This document shows positions 25,534 through 34,420 of a stretch of DNA of 44,117 nt, piece after piece. Origin of the DNA: a virus. Lineage: Duplodnaviria > Caudoviricetes. The position numbers were made by a program, and so were the translations under genes. The notes beneath the pieces are model-generated. The model worked only from the letters and a program-made list of their open reading frames with translations, ran no database searches and was not told the DNA's origin. The stretch is taken from positions 1 to 44,117 of the IMG/VR virus record IMGVR_UViG_3300048598_000584; one strand, written 5' to 3'. Each line of letters begins with the position of its first letter. Position 1 is the first letter of the stretch.

Positions 25534-27791
25534 TCAAGCGACGCTGGTCTGCTCGATCTTCTTGTTGAGCAGGTCGATCTCGAGCGCGCCCTTCGCGATC
25601 TCCTGATCGTGCTTGGCCTGCATCAGCTCGATCTGCTTGTTGGTCAGCGCGATCTTGCCGTCTCGATCGACCTGCCGATCGGCCGAAGCATCGAACGCCT
25701 CCCGGGCCCGGATCTTGCGGTCCTGCTCGGCGTCGGCCGCTCTGCTCTCGGCCTCGAGCTGCTTCGCCCGCGCCTCCGCGGCGGTCCGCAGCGCGCCAGC
25801 CTGGCGTTCGGCATTCTTGGCCGCGGACGTCTCGGCATCGGTCTTGGCCTTCGCAGCCTTCGCGTCCGCATCAGCCTTGGCCTTGAGCGCCTCGGGGCTC
25901 GGCGGCTTGGGCTGGGCCGCCATCTGGACGAGCTTGTCGGCGAATTCGTCGATGACGGCCTCGAGCTGCCGGCCGGCGCGGAACTGGCTGGCGACGAATT
26001 TGAGCGTCTCCGCCGCGAGCGGCGCCGCCTCGGGCACCGTTTGCACCAGTGGCAGCGTCTCCTTCATGAAGCCGCCGACCGCGGTCACGAACTCGGTGGC
26101 GCGCTGCTTCTGCGCGTTCTCGTCGGGGGCGATCGTCGAGTCGGTCTCGATGTCGAGCACGAATGGGCGCAGCCGCTGCTCGCGCAAGAGCCCCATCACC
26201 TTCTCGATCGTCGGGACCTGCTTGAGCTTCGCGACCTGCGCCTGCAGCCCGGCGGCCTGCTGCTGGATCTGGCCGATGATCTGCTGCGCCTGCTGCGGAT
26301 TGGCCCGGGCAAGCTGCAGGACCTCCGGATCGCGCTGCGCGGTCCGGAGCTCGGCCTGCAGGCCGGCGAGTTCGCGCGCGAGCGGCGCCATCTGCTCGGC
26401 GATCTGGGCATCCGTCGCAATCTCGAGCTGCGACATGTCGAGCAGCGTCTTCGCCTGGAAGTTCTCCGCCATGATTTCGGCCGCGATGCGCACGATGTCG
26501 CGCGCCATGCGCACCATCTCGTCGCGCCGGTCCTTGATCCGGACCGAGCCATATTCGCTCTTGAGCTGCTGGGCGCCGAGCGTCTCGCTCGCCTCCGTCT
26601 GGCCGCGCATGATGTCGGAGAGGCCGGTGATCTGGTAGACGTCCTCCATCAGCTCCTTACGCAGGGCGACCAGTTCCTTGATTGTCGAAGCGACCTGGTC
26701 GATCGGCAGCCAGACGATCATGTCCTTGACGCCGCCACTGCCGACCATCGCCCAGTTGGCGATGCCGACCAGGAGCTTGTTGTTTGTCGTCGACGTCAAA
26801 GCCGCCTCGATCGCGTCGCCGATGTCGCCCGCGCCCGACGGATAGAAGCCCCTCACCTGCAGGGCGTCGGACAACGCGCCGATGCGCGCCGTGAGCTCGT
26901 TGATCTCCTCGAGCTGGTCCTTGTAGAACAGGAAGTCCGGCACCGGGATCAGCGTGCGGCGCTGCACCGTCGAATAGGCCGGCCGCGGGCAAGGGAAGAA
27001 GCCTCGAGCTTGAGGTGCGGCTCGCCCTCGTCGAGCACCAGGTCGCAGCCCTCGGCGACCCAGACCACCCTGTTCTGCGACTTCGACCAGATCTCCCAGA
27101 CGCCGGCCTTCCGCTTGCCGTCGTCGGCGTCCTCGGCGTCCTTTCGCTTGGAGAACGTCGCCTTCTTGTAGGCATCGCCCGACGTCTTCCTAAAGCGGGC
27201 GCGCATCTCCGGCCTGGTCAGCCAGGCCCGGGAAGCGACCCAGTCGACGTCCTTCCACTTGCGCTGCGGATCGTGCAGGAAGTCGCGCCTGTCCTTGTGG
27301 TCGACGCAAACCGTCTCCTTGAACTCGCGGCCCTTCCCGCTCGCCTCGTAGCGCAGCCAGGCCGCGCCACGGGCGCTGATCGTCAGATCGTCGCGAACCA
27401 GTCGCATGACCTGGTCAATGTCCTCGAGCTCGAACGAAACGATCGTCGAGCGCTCGAGCAGCTCAGAGGCGACGCGCGGCACGGCGCGGCGATCGCGGAA
27501 GCGCGGCACCACCACCGGCACCGGCGGCCGCGAATAGATCGACGGGCCCAGCACCGAGACGTTGGCCCAGAACAGCTGGAATTGCCGGTCGCGCGCAACG
27601 TTTGCGAGTCGCTCGAGCTCGGCATACTGCTTATCGATGTTGTCGCATTTGGCCTGATAGGTCTCGAACACGCGCTCGGCGTCGTCGAGCATCTTGAGCC
27701 ACGCCTTCGACGATCGGCCCGCCGGCGAGGCCGCGGCCTCCTCGCCACTCTCGCCGTCCGGCAGCTGGTCGTTCTCGAAACGCTCGGCCAT
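25534..27791 (-). pseudogene. Portal protein split by a 1-bp deletion at about 27002 (real lesion or sequence error)
   Basis: Adding one G joins ...EPHLKLE to GFFPCPRPAYSTVQRRTLIPVPD...; located after TerL. Confidence 0.8.
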
Positions 27792-27895
27792 CAGGTCAAC
27801 GCCTCAAAATGGAAGCCGCGACGGAACACGAAGACGCACCAACCGCCAGCGGCCGAGCGATAGATCCAGAGCAGTTTGCGCCAGGGCAGCTTCAT
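27791..27895 (-). CDS. 34-aa ORF coupled to portal start (not in ORF track)
   Basis: MKLPWRKLLWIYRSAAGGWCVFVFRRGFHFEALT; ATGA overlap upstream, TGATG downstream. Confidence 0.5.
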   Translation of the reverse strand: MKLPWRKLLWIYRSAAGGWCVFVFRRGFHFEALT

Positions 27896-28101
27896 GCTCG
27901 CCGCCCGCTGGGGCCGCCCCAAAGCAAGAACAGCGCGATCGCGCGGGGCAGCGGTTCGCCGGCCTTCGGCAGGTGGCCATCGTGGAATTCGAAATCTTCG
28001 GGCAACGGCGGCTGGCCGCGCACCAGGTCGCGCTGAACCGTCGCTACCAGCTTGCCGGCCTCGTCGTAGATCTTGTCCCCGGGCTTTGCGAAACCGATCA
28101 T
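27892..28101 (-). CDS. Hypothetical protein between terL and portal
   Basis: ATGA overlap with terL stop; GAGGA RBS. Confidence 0.6.
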   Translation of the reverse strand: MIGFAKPGDKIYDEAGKLVATVQRDLVRGQPPLPEDFEFHDGHLPKAGEPLPRAIALFLLWGGPSGRRA

Positions 28102-29609
28102 ACTCGGATCCTCACTCCACTCGACGCCACCGGCGGCAGCGGCAGGGGCACCTGGCCCGGGCCAGGCTTCGGCTTCTCGTCCTCGGGCGGCTTGCGCACC
28201 CACGGCCGCGACATGCAGCCGTATCGGACCATGTCGGCCGCATGATCCTCGGCTGTCGTGTCGAGATCTTCAGGCCGGTCCTCGTCGTGCTGCAGGGCCG
28301 GCACCGTCCGGACCGTGTGGACGCAGGTCTCGAAGAACACGAGCATCGGGAGCTCGTCCTCGTTGCCGAGGAGCCGCCCGCGGACCTGATCCCAGCCGCC
28401 CATCGCCCCGCGCTGGGACACGCGAGCGTTGTCAGCCTCGGTGAAAGTGACGCCCTTGCCTTCCGCCTGCATCATTTCCGCGATCGACGGGCCGCCGTTG
28501 TGCGCGAACGCTGCAGGATCGAGCTTGCCGTACGCGATCTTGTCGCCCTGCTCGAGGAGACGGATCTTCTTGCCGACCTCGGCTGCCGGCATCTTCAGGC
28601 CGACATCCGGTTTGAACTTGCCCTGACTGTCGGTTTTGACGCCGTAGTACTCGCGGTACATCACCAGGCAGCCGCGCGGCAGCACGCGGCCATCAGGCGT
28701 CAGGAAATCGTCGTCAACGACGGCGAACCAGCCGAACGCGAAGGGCTTCGCCGATCCCCAGTCGCCCGCCCGGAAGCGAAGCCACCGCTCCGGCACCTTG
28801 AACGGCTTGCAGACATGCTTGCGCTTGCTGAAGCAGTCGAAGAAGGCGCCCTCGATGATGTCCCAGTCGCCGTGGCGCATCGCCTTGACCAGGCTCTCCG
28901 ATCCCAGGCCGAGCAGCCGGTTTTCGTAGCCGGGATCCTGCTCGGCCATCGAGGGATTGTCCTCGAGGATCGCAGGAATGAACTGGCGGAGCATGCCGCC
29001 TTCATCGTTGGCGGCGCGATATGCCATTAAGGGAATGGCGCCGTCGATGAACGTGGTCTTGACGAACTGGTGGCCGATGCCGCCCGGGTTAGCTCCGCAC
29101 AGGATACGCGGGAAGCGCCCTTCGTACTCCTTCGGGACCGTGATGCCGACCATCCGCACGCGGTTGCGCAGGAAGCGGTAAATCTTCTCCGTGAAGTGCG
29201 TCAGCTCGTCGATGATCAGCACGTGGATCTCGGCGCCCTGATATTTGAACCGGTGCGCCTCGTCCTTGCAGTGGCAGAGATAGATCTTCGAGCCGTTCCA
29301 GAACCTGATCTGGTCCTCAATGATGTCGCAGAAGCCGCAAGCGACCCAGCCGGCCAGCAGCGCCCGAAAGCCGTTCGGGCCCTCCATGTGGTTCTTGATC
29401 AAATCGTCGCGCAGGCGCCGAAACAGGTAGACCTGCAGGCCCGGGATCATCGAGCACCAGATGATCGCAGCAACGCGCATCAGGTGCGACTTGCCGCCGC
29501 CGGCGGCGCCGCCGTAGAGGATCTCAGTCGCTGGCGAGTCGAAAGCGAACTGCTGCTTGGGATGCAGCTCGAGGTTCAGCTCGGCGTCAGCCGGAAGCGC
29601 GACGGCCAT
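28098..29609 (-). CDS. terL: Terminase large subunit
   Basis: Walker A YGGAAGGGKS, Walker B LIIDELTHF, GANPGG, nuclease GDWG and DHAADMVRY. Confidence 0.95.
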   Translation of the reverse strand: MAVALPADAELNLELHPKQQFAFDSPATEILYGGAAGGGKSHLMRVAAIIWCSMIPGLQVYLFRRLRDDLIKNHMEGPNGFRALLAGWVACGFCDIIEDQIRFWNGSKIYLCHCKDEAHRFKYQGAEIHVLIIDELTHFTEKIYRFLRNRVRMVGITVPKEYEGRFPRILCGANPGGIGHQFVKTTFIDGAIPLMAYRAANDEGGMLRQFIPAILEDNPSMAEQDPGYENRLLGLGSESLVKAMRHGDWDIIEGAFFDCFSKRKHVCKPFKVPERWLRFRAGDWGSAKPFAFGWFAVVDDDFLTPDGRVLPRGCLVMYREYYGVKTDSQGKFKPDVGLKMPAAEVGKKIRLLEQGDKIAYGKLDPAAFAHNGGPSIAEMMQAEGKGVTFTEADNARVSQRGAMGGWDQVRGRLLGNEDELPMLVFFETCVHTVRTVPALQHDEDRPEDLDTTAEDHAADMVRYGCMSRPWVRKPPEDEKPKPGPGQVPLPLPPVASSGVRIRV

Positions 29610-30234
29610 TCAGATTGATGACCGGCACCAGCTCGACCTTGCCCTTGTGATCGTGCTCGTGCTTGTGCTTCTCCTCGAACATGCCCAGGTGCCGGCCGAT
29701 ATCGACTAGCGCGGCACGCTTGTCGTGGAGCTTGAACGTCACCTTGCGGACCTCGCGGCCGCGGCGCCGGCGGAGCTCTCCGCCATGGCCTTGCGGCTCG
29801 GCCTCGTCATCGGCGCCGCCGCGAGCGTCGATGAAATCCTCCACCGTGAACGACGCGATCGCGGCAGCCTGCACGCGCGTGATGTCGGACAGGTCGATGT
29901 ATGGCTCGCCCTCCTCCGTCACCCGGGCGTAGTCCAGCATGTTGGCGAAACCGATCTTGGCGAGCTCCTCGAGCACCTGCTCGGTGGTGATGACGGCGCG
30001 CTCGACCACCTTCTCCGTCACGCGGCTGTCGAGAAGACGCAGTCGCCTCGCGAAGTCAGCATTCTTGAGCAAACGGCTGAAGCCGGTCCTGGCCGCGGCC
30101 TCTGAAGAGCGCGGATAAACAACGAGATAGGCCTTGAAGCCAACGCGCTGCGCATCCGCGATGTAGGTCTGCAAAACCGCCTCGTGCTTGGCGTTCTTGA
30201 GCGGCTTTTCAGCATTTTTAGCAGAGGTCGACAT
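29587..30234 (-). CDS. terS: Terminase small subunit
   Basis: N-terminal HTH (AYLVVYP..SEAAARTGFSRLL), EQVLEELAKIGFAN, KLHDKRAALVDIGRHLGMF. Confidence 0.9.
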   Translation of the reverse strand: MSTSAKNAEKPLKNAKHEAVLQTYIADAQRVGFKAYLVVYPRSSEAAARTGFSRLLKNADFARRLRLLDSRVTEKVVERAVITTEQVLEELAKIGFANMLDYARVTEEGEPYIDLSDITRVQAAAIASFTVEDFIDARGGADDEAEPQGHGGELRRRRGREVRKVTFKLHDKRAALVDIGRHLGMFEEKHKHEHDHKGKVELVPVINLNGRRASG

Positions 30235-30294
30235 GCGGTCCCGCGTGGTCTGAGCACGCGCTCCCTCGCCGCCGGCAGCGGCACTTTCGGAAAA

Positions 30295-30597
30295 TCAGCC
30301 AGAAATGGTCTCGCGCAGCGTGTCCAGCGCATGCTGCACAGCCGGATCCACCGGCGTGTCGTCCAAGATCTCGTAGCCCGCGACGACGAATTGATCAGGA
30401 CCGCGCTGCGCGACCGGTCCGGAATCCGGAATGCGCAGGATCAGCGAGTCGACGAGCTCGTGCTCCATCGGCGCCGGCACGCCGGGCTTCCCCATCCGAT
30501 GCGCCTCGAGGGCGGCACAATGAGCCTGGATGCGGACGGCGAAGGCCTCCGGCGAGTCGGCGATCGCCACAACGGTGGAAAGCGGGATCTCGATCAC
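30295..30597 (-). CDS. Hypothetical protein
   Basis: GAGGAG RBS, GTG start, 100 aa. Confidence 0.7.
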   Translation of the reverse strand: MIEIPLSTVVAIADSPEAFAVRIQAHCAALEAHRMGKPGVPAPMEHELVDSLILRIPDSGPVAQRGPDQFVVAGYEILDDTPVDPAVQHALDTLRETISG

Positions 30598-30612
30598 GCG
30601 AGCAGCTCCTCA

Positions 30613-30645
30613 CAATGAAAGAGGGCGCCAATCTGGCACCCTCTT
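30613..30645 (-). terminator. Terminator-like hairpin upstream of the packaging genes
   Basis: Minus strand AAGAGGGTGCCA-GAT-TGGCGCCCTCTT followed by TCATT. Confidence 0.55.
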
Positions 30646-30716
30646 CGGAAAGCCGCCTCTCCGCTGCAGCCGTTCCTTCTCTGCCGCGCCTGTCGGAGAG
30701 CGCGCTCTGGATATTC

Positions 30717-30812
30717 CTACCGCTTGCGGGCCGGCGTCTTCCGTCGCGCGGCTGATTTGGCGGGACGCTTGGCCGTCTTCATCTTGCCGGCCGGCTTGCG
30801 CTTCGTTCCCAT
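30717..30812 (-). CDS. 31-aa histone H1-like basic peptide (not in ORF track)
   Basis: GAGGAGAGG RBS; MGTKRKPAGKMKTAKRPAKSAARRKTPARKR. Confidence 0.65.
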   Translation of the reverse strand: MGTKRKPAGKMKTAKRPAKSAARRKTPARKR

Positions 30813-31007
30813 GACCTCTCCTCTGTTGCCGCGGGCAAATCACCCGCGGAACGGAGGGAATCACGGTCGATTCGAACTAGCAAGTTGCCGCCTTAACGCT
30901 TCCGTTAAACTGCGCAGAATGCTTGCAAGTTCTGGTGTCCGTTAAGAGCTGTTATCGGACACCAGCATCCGCTACGCTCGGGCGCCGATCGAGAGCGGGG
31001 AACGCAA

Positions 31008-31241
31008 ATGGACGAGATGGCACAGGCGGAGATGCGCGAAGGGTCCGCCTATATTTCCACGCTGCGGGGCAACGTCCTGCGCGTCTGGCTGCATCACGAC
31101 GGGACGCCGCGCATGGAATTCCTGCCCGAAGATGAAAGGCAGCGCCTGCGCCATCGGAACGGTGCACCCATGTTCTCACCGACGGGCATGATGCTCGACG
31201 AGCACGGCAACCGCGCGATCTTCGATGACGTCGACGAGTAG
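31008..31241 (+). CDS. Hypothetical protein (moron)
   Basis: GGGGA RBS; opposite strand to late genes. Confidence 0.6.
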   Translation: MDEMAQAEMREGSAYISTLRGNVLRVWLHHDGTPRMEFLPEDERQRLRHRNGAPMFSPTGMMLDEHGNRAIFDDVDE

Positions 31242-31446
31242 GAAGCCGAATCCCTTCAAAGTTGGCGACTACGTTCGCCGGCGCCTCGGCACATTGGGCG
31301 GGACCGGCAAGGTTGGGCTCGTTACCGCGGTCGTCATGAAGGGCGACCATGAGTGCCTGACGGTCGATTTCGGCGATCGGCGCGAAACCTTTGCGTGGTC
31401 TACCTACGAAGTCCCGCGCCGCAGAGACGGACGTCATATCCTATAA
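31225..31446 (+). CDS. Small SH3/KOW-like protein (moron)
   Basis: FKVGDYVRR...GKVGLV...LTVDFG. Confidence 0.6.
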   Translation: MTSTSRKPNPFKVGDYVRRRLGTLGGTGKVGLVTAVVMKGDHECLTVDFGDRRETFAWSTYEVPRRRDGRHIL

Positions 31447-32370
31447 AAATCCGCCGCCGGCGTGATCGTCGAAATCGGTCTCGCGCCGGTCGTAGATCTT
31501 GAGCGTATCGACCTTCTTGTGGCGCGTGATCTTCATGATCTTCAGCGCGTCGACCTTGTCGTCCAGCGCCGAGGTCACGAAGCCGGCCCGCATCGAGTGG
31601 CCGGAGAAGATCCGCTCGTCCAGGCCGGCCGCCTTGACGGCCCGCTTCACCACCCGCGCCACCGAGCGATCCGAAAGTGGGGCTGACCCCACCTTCCCGT
31701 GCCGATCGACCTCGCGGAAGATTGGCCCCTCGGCGATGCCGGCGGCCTCGAGCCACGCGTCGAGGGCGTCGACGGGCCGCAGCTGGCGGCCGTTCGGCAC
31801 CGGGAGCTCCTCGCCCTTCCCTTCCTGGTCGGTCTTGGAAGCCTCGATGTGAAGCACAATGCCGCGGGCGCGGCGCTCGATGTGATGCACATGTAAAGCG
31901 GTCAGCTCGGATCTGCGCAGAGCCGCGGCGAAACTGACAACCAAAATCGCCCGATCTCGCAAGCCGGCGAGCGTTTTTGGCAAGCTGTGAATCACACGGA
32001 CGAGCAGCTCGGCCGTGGTCGGCGCCTTTCGGGTCGGCTTGGCGCCCAGGGTGCGGCGGATGCCACGCATGGTCGCCTTCACGCCTTCGGCGCTGGTCGG
32101 CGGCGGGTCGAATCGGGCGGCGCGATGGGCCGCGGCGATCGCGGCGACTCGCCGCTGAATGGTGGATGTCTTGCTGCCGCTGTCGGCGAGCTGCGCCAGG
32201 TAGCGCGCGATGGTTTCCGGCTCGGCCGGGAGCGGTTGCTCGAGGACCTGGCCGCACCAGGTGGTGAAGTCGGCCCAGTCCGAGCTGTAGGCCCGCCTGG
32301 TGTTGCTCGAGCTTGAGGCCGCGAGATAGGCTCGCACCGAGGCCATCGGGTCGACGAGCTCGGTGGACAT
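31441..32370 (-). CDS. Cre-like tyrosine recombinase
   Basis: N-terminal NTRRAYSSDW..F..WC; catalytic ALRRSE, SKTD, GHSMRAG, TRH and IY. Confidence 0.92.
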   Translation of the reverse strand: MSTELVDPMASVRAYLAASSSSNTRRAYSSDWADFTTWCGQVLEQPLPAEPETIARYLAQLADSGSKTSTIQRRVAAIAAAHRAARFDPPPTSAEGVKATMRGIRRTLGAKPTRKAPTTAELLVRVIHSLPKTLAGLRDRAILVVSFAAALRRSELTALHVHHIERRARGIVLHIEASKTDQEGKGEELPVPNGRQLRPVDALDAWLEAAGIAEGPIFREVDRHGKVGSAPLSDRSVARVVKRAVKAAGLDERIFSGHSMRAGFVTSALDDKVDALKIMKITRHKKVDTLKIYDRRETDFDDHAGGGFL

Positions 32371-32567
32371 CCTGGGAGCGCTCGAATGTGGACTGACAAG
32401 CAAATCGACGCCGCCGCCGCGGCGGCCGCCGAAAAGGCGAACGGAGGGAAATTCTCAGACCCGCTGTTCTATGCGCCCGAGCATCGGGCGTTCTGGCGCG
32501 AAGTCGTCAAAACCGCGCTCGAGGCGGCGCAGGCGACGCCACCCAGCTAGGGCGGCTTTATGCATTT

Positions 32568-32762
32568 TTATGCATTTCCGGCCGAGGTATGATTGTCGAT
32601 CGGCTCGCAGATCCAGCGAGGCCCGCCGTTGCCGCACGTCAGGATCTCGCGAAATTCAAGGCGGCCGCTGCACAAGCGCACGCCGGGAGAACTCTCGAGC
32701 TGCTCGCGCGACAAGCCGCACGCCAGGCAGTGTTCGGTGAGGCCGTTCCAGGCGTGAGGCAT
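32568..32762 (-). CDS. Small Cys-rich protein
   Basis: HAW...HCLACG and further Cys residues. Confidence 0.45.
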   Translation of the reverse strand: MPHAWNGLTEHCLACGLSREQLESSPGVRLCSGRLEFREILTCGNGGPRWICEPIDNHTSAGNA

Positions 32763-32901
32763 CGAGTTTCTCGCGGGCCGGATTTTCCGCTGCAGCGGCA
32801 GAGCCGACCGGTATCCGGTTTTCAGAATCGAGCTGTCCGCCGTTCGCCGCGCCCGGTCTCGAGCCGGTGACGCGTCCTGGTCGCGCCAGGCCGCCGCAAG
32901 T

Positions 32902-33093
32902 TCAGTTGCCGCGCTCGAGCAGCTCCTTGAGCTCGAACACGGTCATTTCTTCGGGCACCGCTTCCAGAAAGCGGGTGATTGTCGACCGAGCGCGCGCCGT
33001 GGCGAGCCCGGCGGACCGGGAACGGGACGGATCGGCGGATATCTGGGCGTTGCGATCGCCGGCAGCAGCTTCGATCGCGTCCACGATATCCAT
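32902..33093 (-). CDS. Hypothetical protein
   Basis: TGATG coupling; RFLEAVPEEMTVFELKELL. Confidence 0.6.
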   Translation of the reverse strand: MDIVDAIEAAAGDRNAQISADPSRSRSAGLATARARSTITRFLEAVPEEMTVFELKELLERGN

Positions 33094-33341
33094 CAGTCGG
33101 AAATGTCGATCGGCTTGACTTCGATCGTCGCGCTGGAGTGCGGCGACCAGGTGCCTCCTTCGCAGAGATGGCCGTTTGCCTTGACGAAGAGAACCCGCTG
33201 GGCGTCCTTCGCCGGCTGGATGTTGTCGATTGCCGAGGACAGAAAAGCGAACACCGGCGCCGGCAGCGAGGTCTTGTAAACCTCGAGCTGGCGCTTCGCA
33301 TGAAGGCGCGATCGTGCGTAGAACTCGACGCTGAACGACAT
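33093..33341 (-). CDS. Hypothetical protein
   Basis: GAGGG RBS; MSFSVEF...VKANGH. Confidence 0.7.
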   Translation of the reverse strand: MSFSVEFYARSRLHAKRQLEVYKTSLPAPVFAFLSSAIDNIQPAKDAQRVLFVKANGHLCEGGTWSPHSSATIEVKPIDISD

Positions 33342-33597
33342 TACATCGCACCCTCGCTTTGGCACGCTTCGCGCGTAGCTAATCTCTGCACGAGATCAGT
33401 CTTCGTGGCGCCTGGCGCGATGCGGAACATCGTCGCGACGGCGCGCGGGCACACGTCCCTTCAGAGAAGTTCGATGCGCTCGCCCGCGGCATATCAGCGC
33501 CGCGTTCACATTGCCCGGACAGAATACGCGCGCCGGAATCGAGGGTGATTCACAAGGGGCGCGGATCCGTGCGGCGTGGTTAAGATCGCGTTGCGGC

Positions 33598-34212
33598 TCA
33601 GACGTCGACGAAGCGCACCAGGTGCGGCTCGATCGGCCAGCTCCTCCGTCCGAAGATTTCAGTCTCGAGGCTCACCTCGATCCGGCCGCGCGCATCCAGC
33701 CCCTCGATCGTGCCGAGCAAGCGGCGCGTCATGATGTCAGCCCAGACCTGGCGTCCGCGGTGGTAGGGGCTCTCCTCCTTCTTCGCGAGCTGCTTGCGCC
33801 ATTTGCGGTCCTTGATAGCTTCGACCTCGCGGATGATCTCGATCACGCGATCGGGCACCAGTGCCGGCTTGAGGTCGCCCATCATCATCACGAAGTCGTC
33901 GACGTCGCGCAGCTCGCGCACCAGGCAAAAGGCCTCGGCGCTCAACGGCAGCTGTACAAAAATCCGATCGCCGAGCAACGGCTCCTCGATCTCGCGCTTA
34001 CGCCGGCGGCCGGCTGCAATCGAGCGATGCTGCACCGGCAGGTAGGGCTTGAGCGCCAGGCCCTCCATCTCCTTGACGACGAGATGAGCCCGATGCGGAT
34101 GCGTGCGCACGATGTGCCAGAACAGAGGCCCGGACAACAGCAACGGCCGCGGCCGCGAGATCCGCGCGAAGCCGGCGTGGTCCCCGATCTTGCAGTTGAG
34201 CGGGTCAAACAC
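33598..34212 (-). CDS. NusG/RfaH-family antitermination factor (phage paralog)
   Basis: NGN: WHIVRTHP...YLP...EEPLLGDRIFV...VDDFV...PALVPDRVI; KOW-like C-terminus with EIFGR; lambda Q position. Confidence 0.85.
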   Translation of the reverse strand: MFDPLNCKIGDHAGFARISRPRPLLLSGPLFWHIVRTHPHRAHLVVKEMEGLALKPYLPVQHRSIAAGRRRKREIEEPLLGDRIFVQLPLSAEAFCLVRELRDVDDFVMMMGDLKPALVPDRVIEIIREVEAIKDRKWRKQLAKKEESPYHRGRQVWADIMTRRLLGTIEGLDARGRIEVSLETEIFGRRSWPIEPHLVRFVDV

Positions 34213-34420
34213 CAGCCTGCGCTTCCTTCGCCCGCTTCAGCGTCTCGAGACCGAATTCCACCAGCTGGCGGACCTGGTCGGCCGCGCTCGTCTTCTGTGC
34301 CACCGCGAGCTCGCGGATCTCCGCAAACGTCGCGTCGTCAAAGCTGGTCGTGAGCCGCTTCACCGCGGCCGTGCGATGACTGAAGCCTTCGGCTGGATTG
34401 CGGCGCCGGCGTCCCTGCAT
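34205..34420 (-). CDS. Ribbon-helix-helix-like protein
   Basis: RLTTSFDDATFAEIRELAVAQKTSAADQVRQLVEFGL; TGATG coupling. Confidence 0.65.
   Translation of the reverse strand: MQGRRRRNPAEGFSHRTAAVKRLTTSFDDATFAEIRELAVAQKTSAADQVRQLVEFGLETLKRAKEAQAGV

Noticed and set aside
27001-27004. Portal frameshift rescued by the tRNA-Gly-like RNA, since the lesion is at a Gly codon
   Set aside because: The RNA lacks U33, the D-loop GG and a canonical T-loop, so decoding is doubtful; a homopolymer error or simple mutation is more parsimonious
12362-29030. Long plus-strand ORFs such as 12362-13447, 14326-15915, 21158-22261, 25477-27171 and 27876-29030
   Set aside because: Antisense shadows of GC3-rich virion genes with no recognisable motifs
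30893-30908. CtrA box TTAA...TTAA
   Set aside because: Spacer is 8 nt, not the 7 nt of the CtrA consensus; half-sites only
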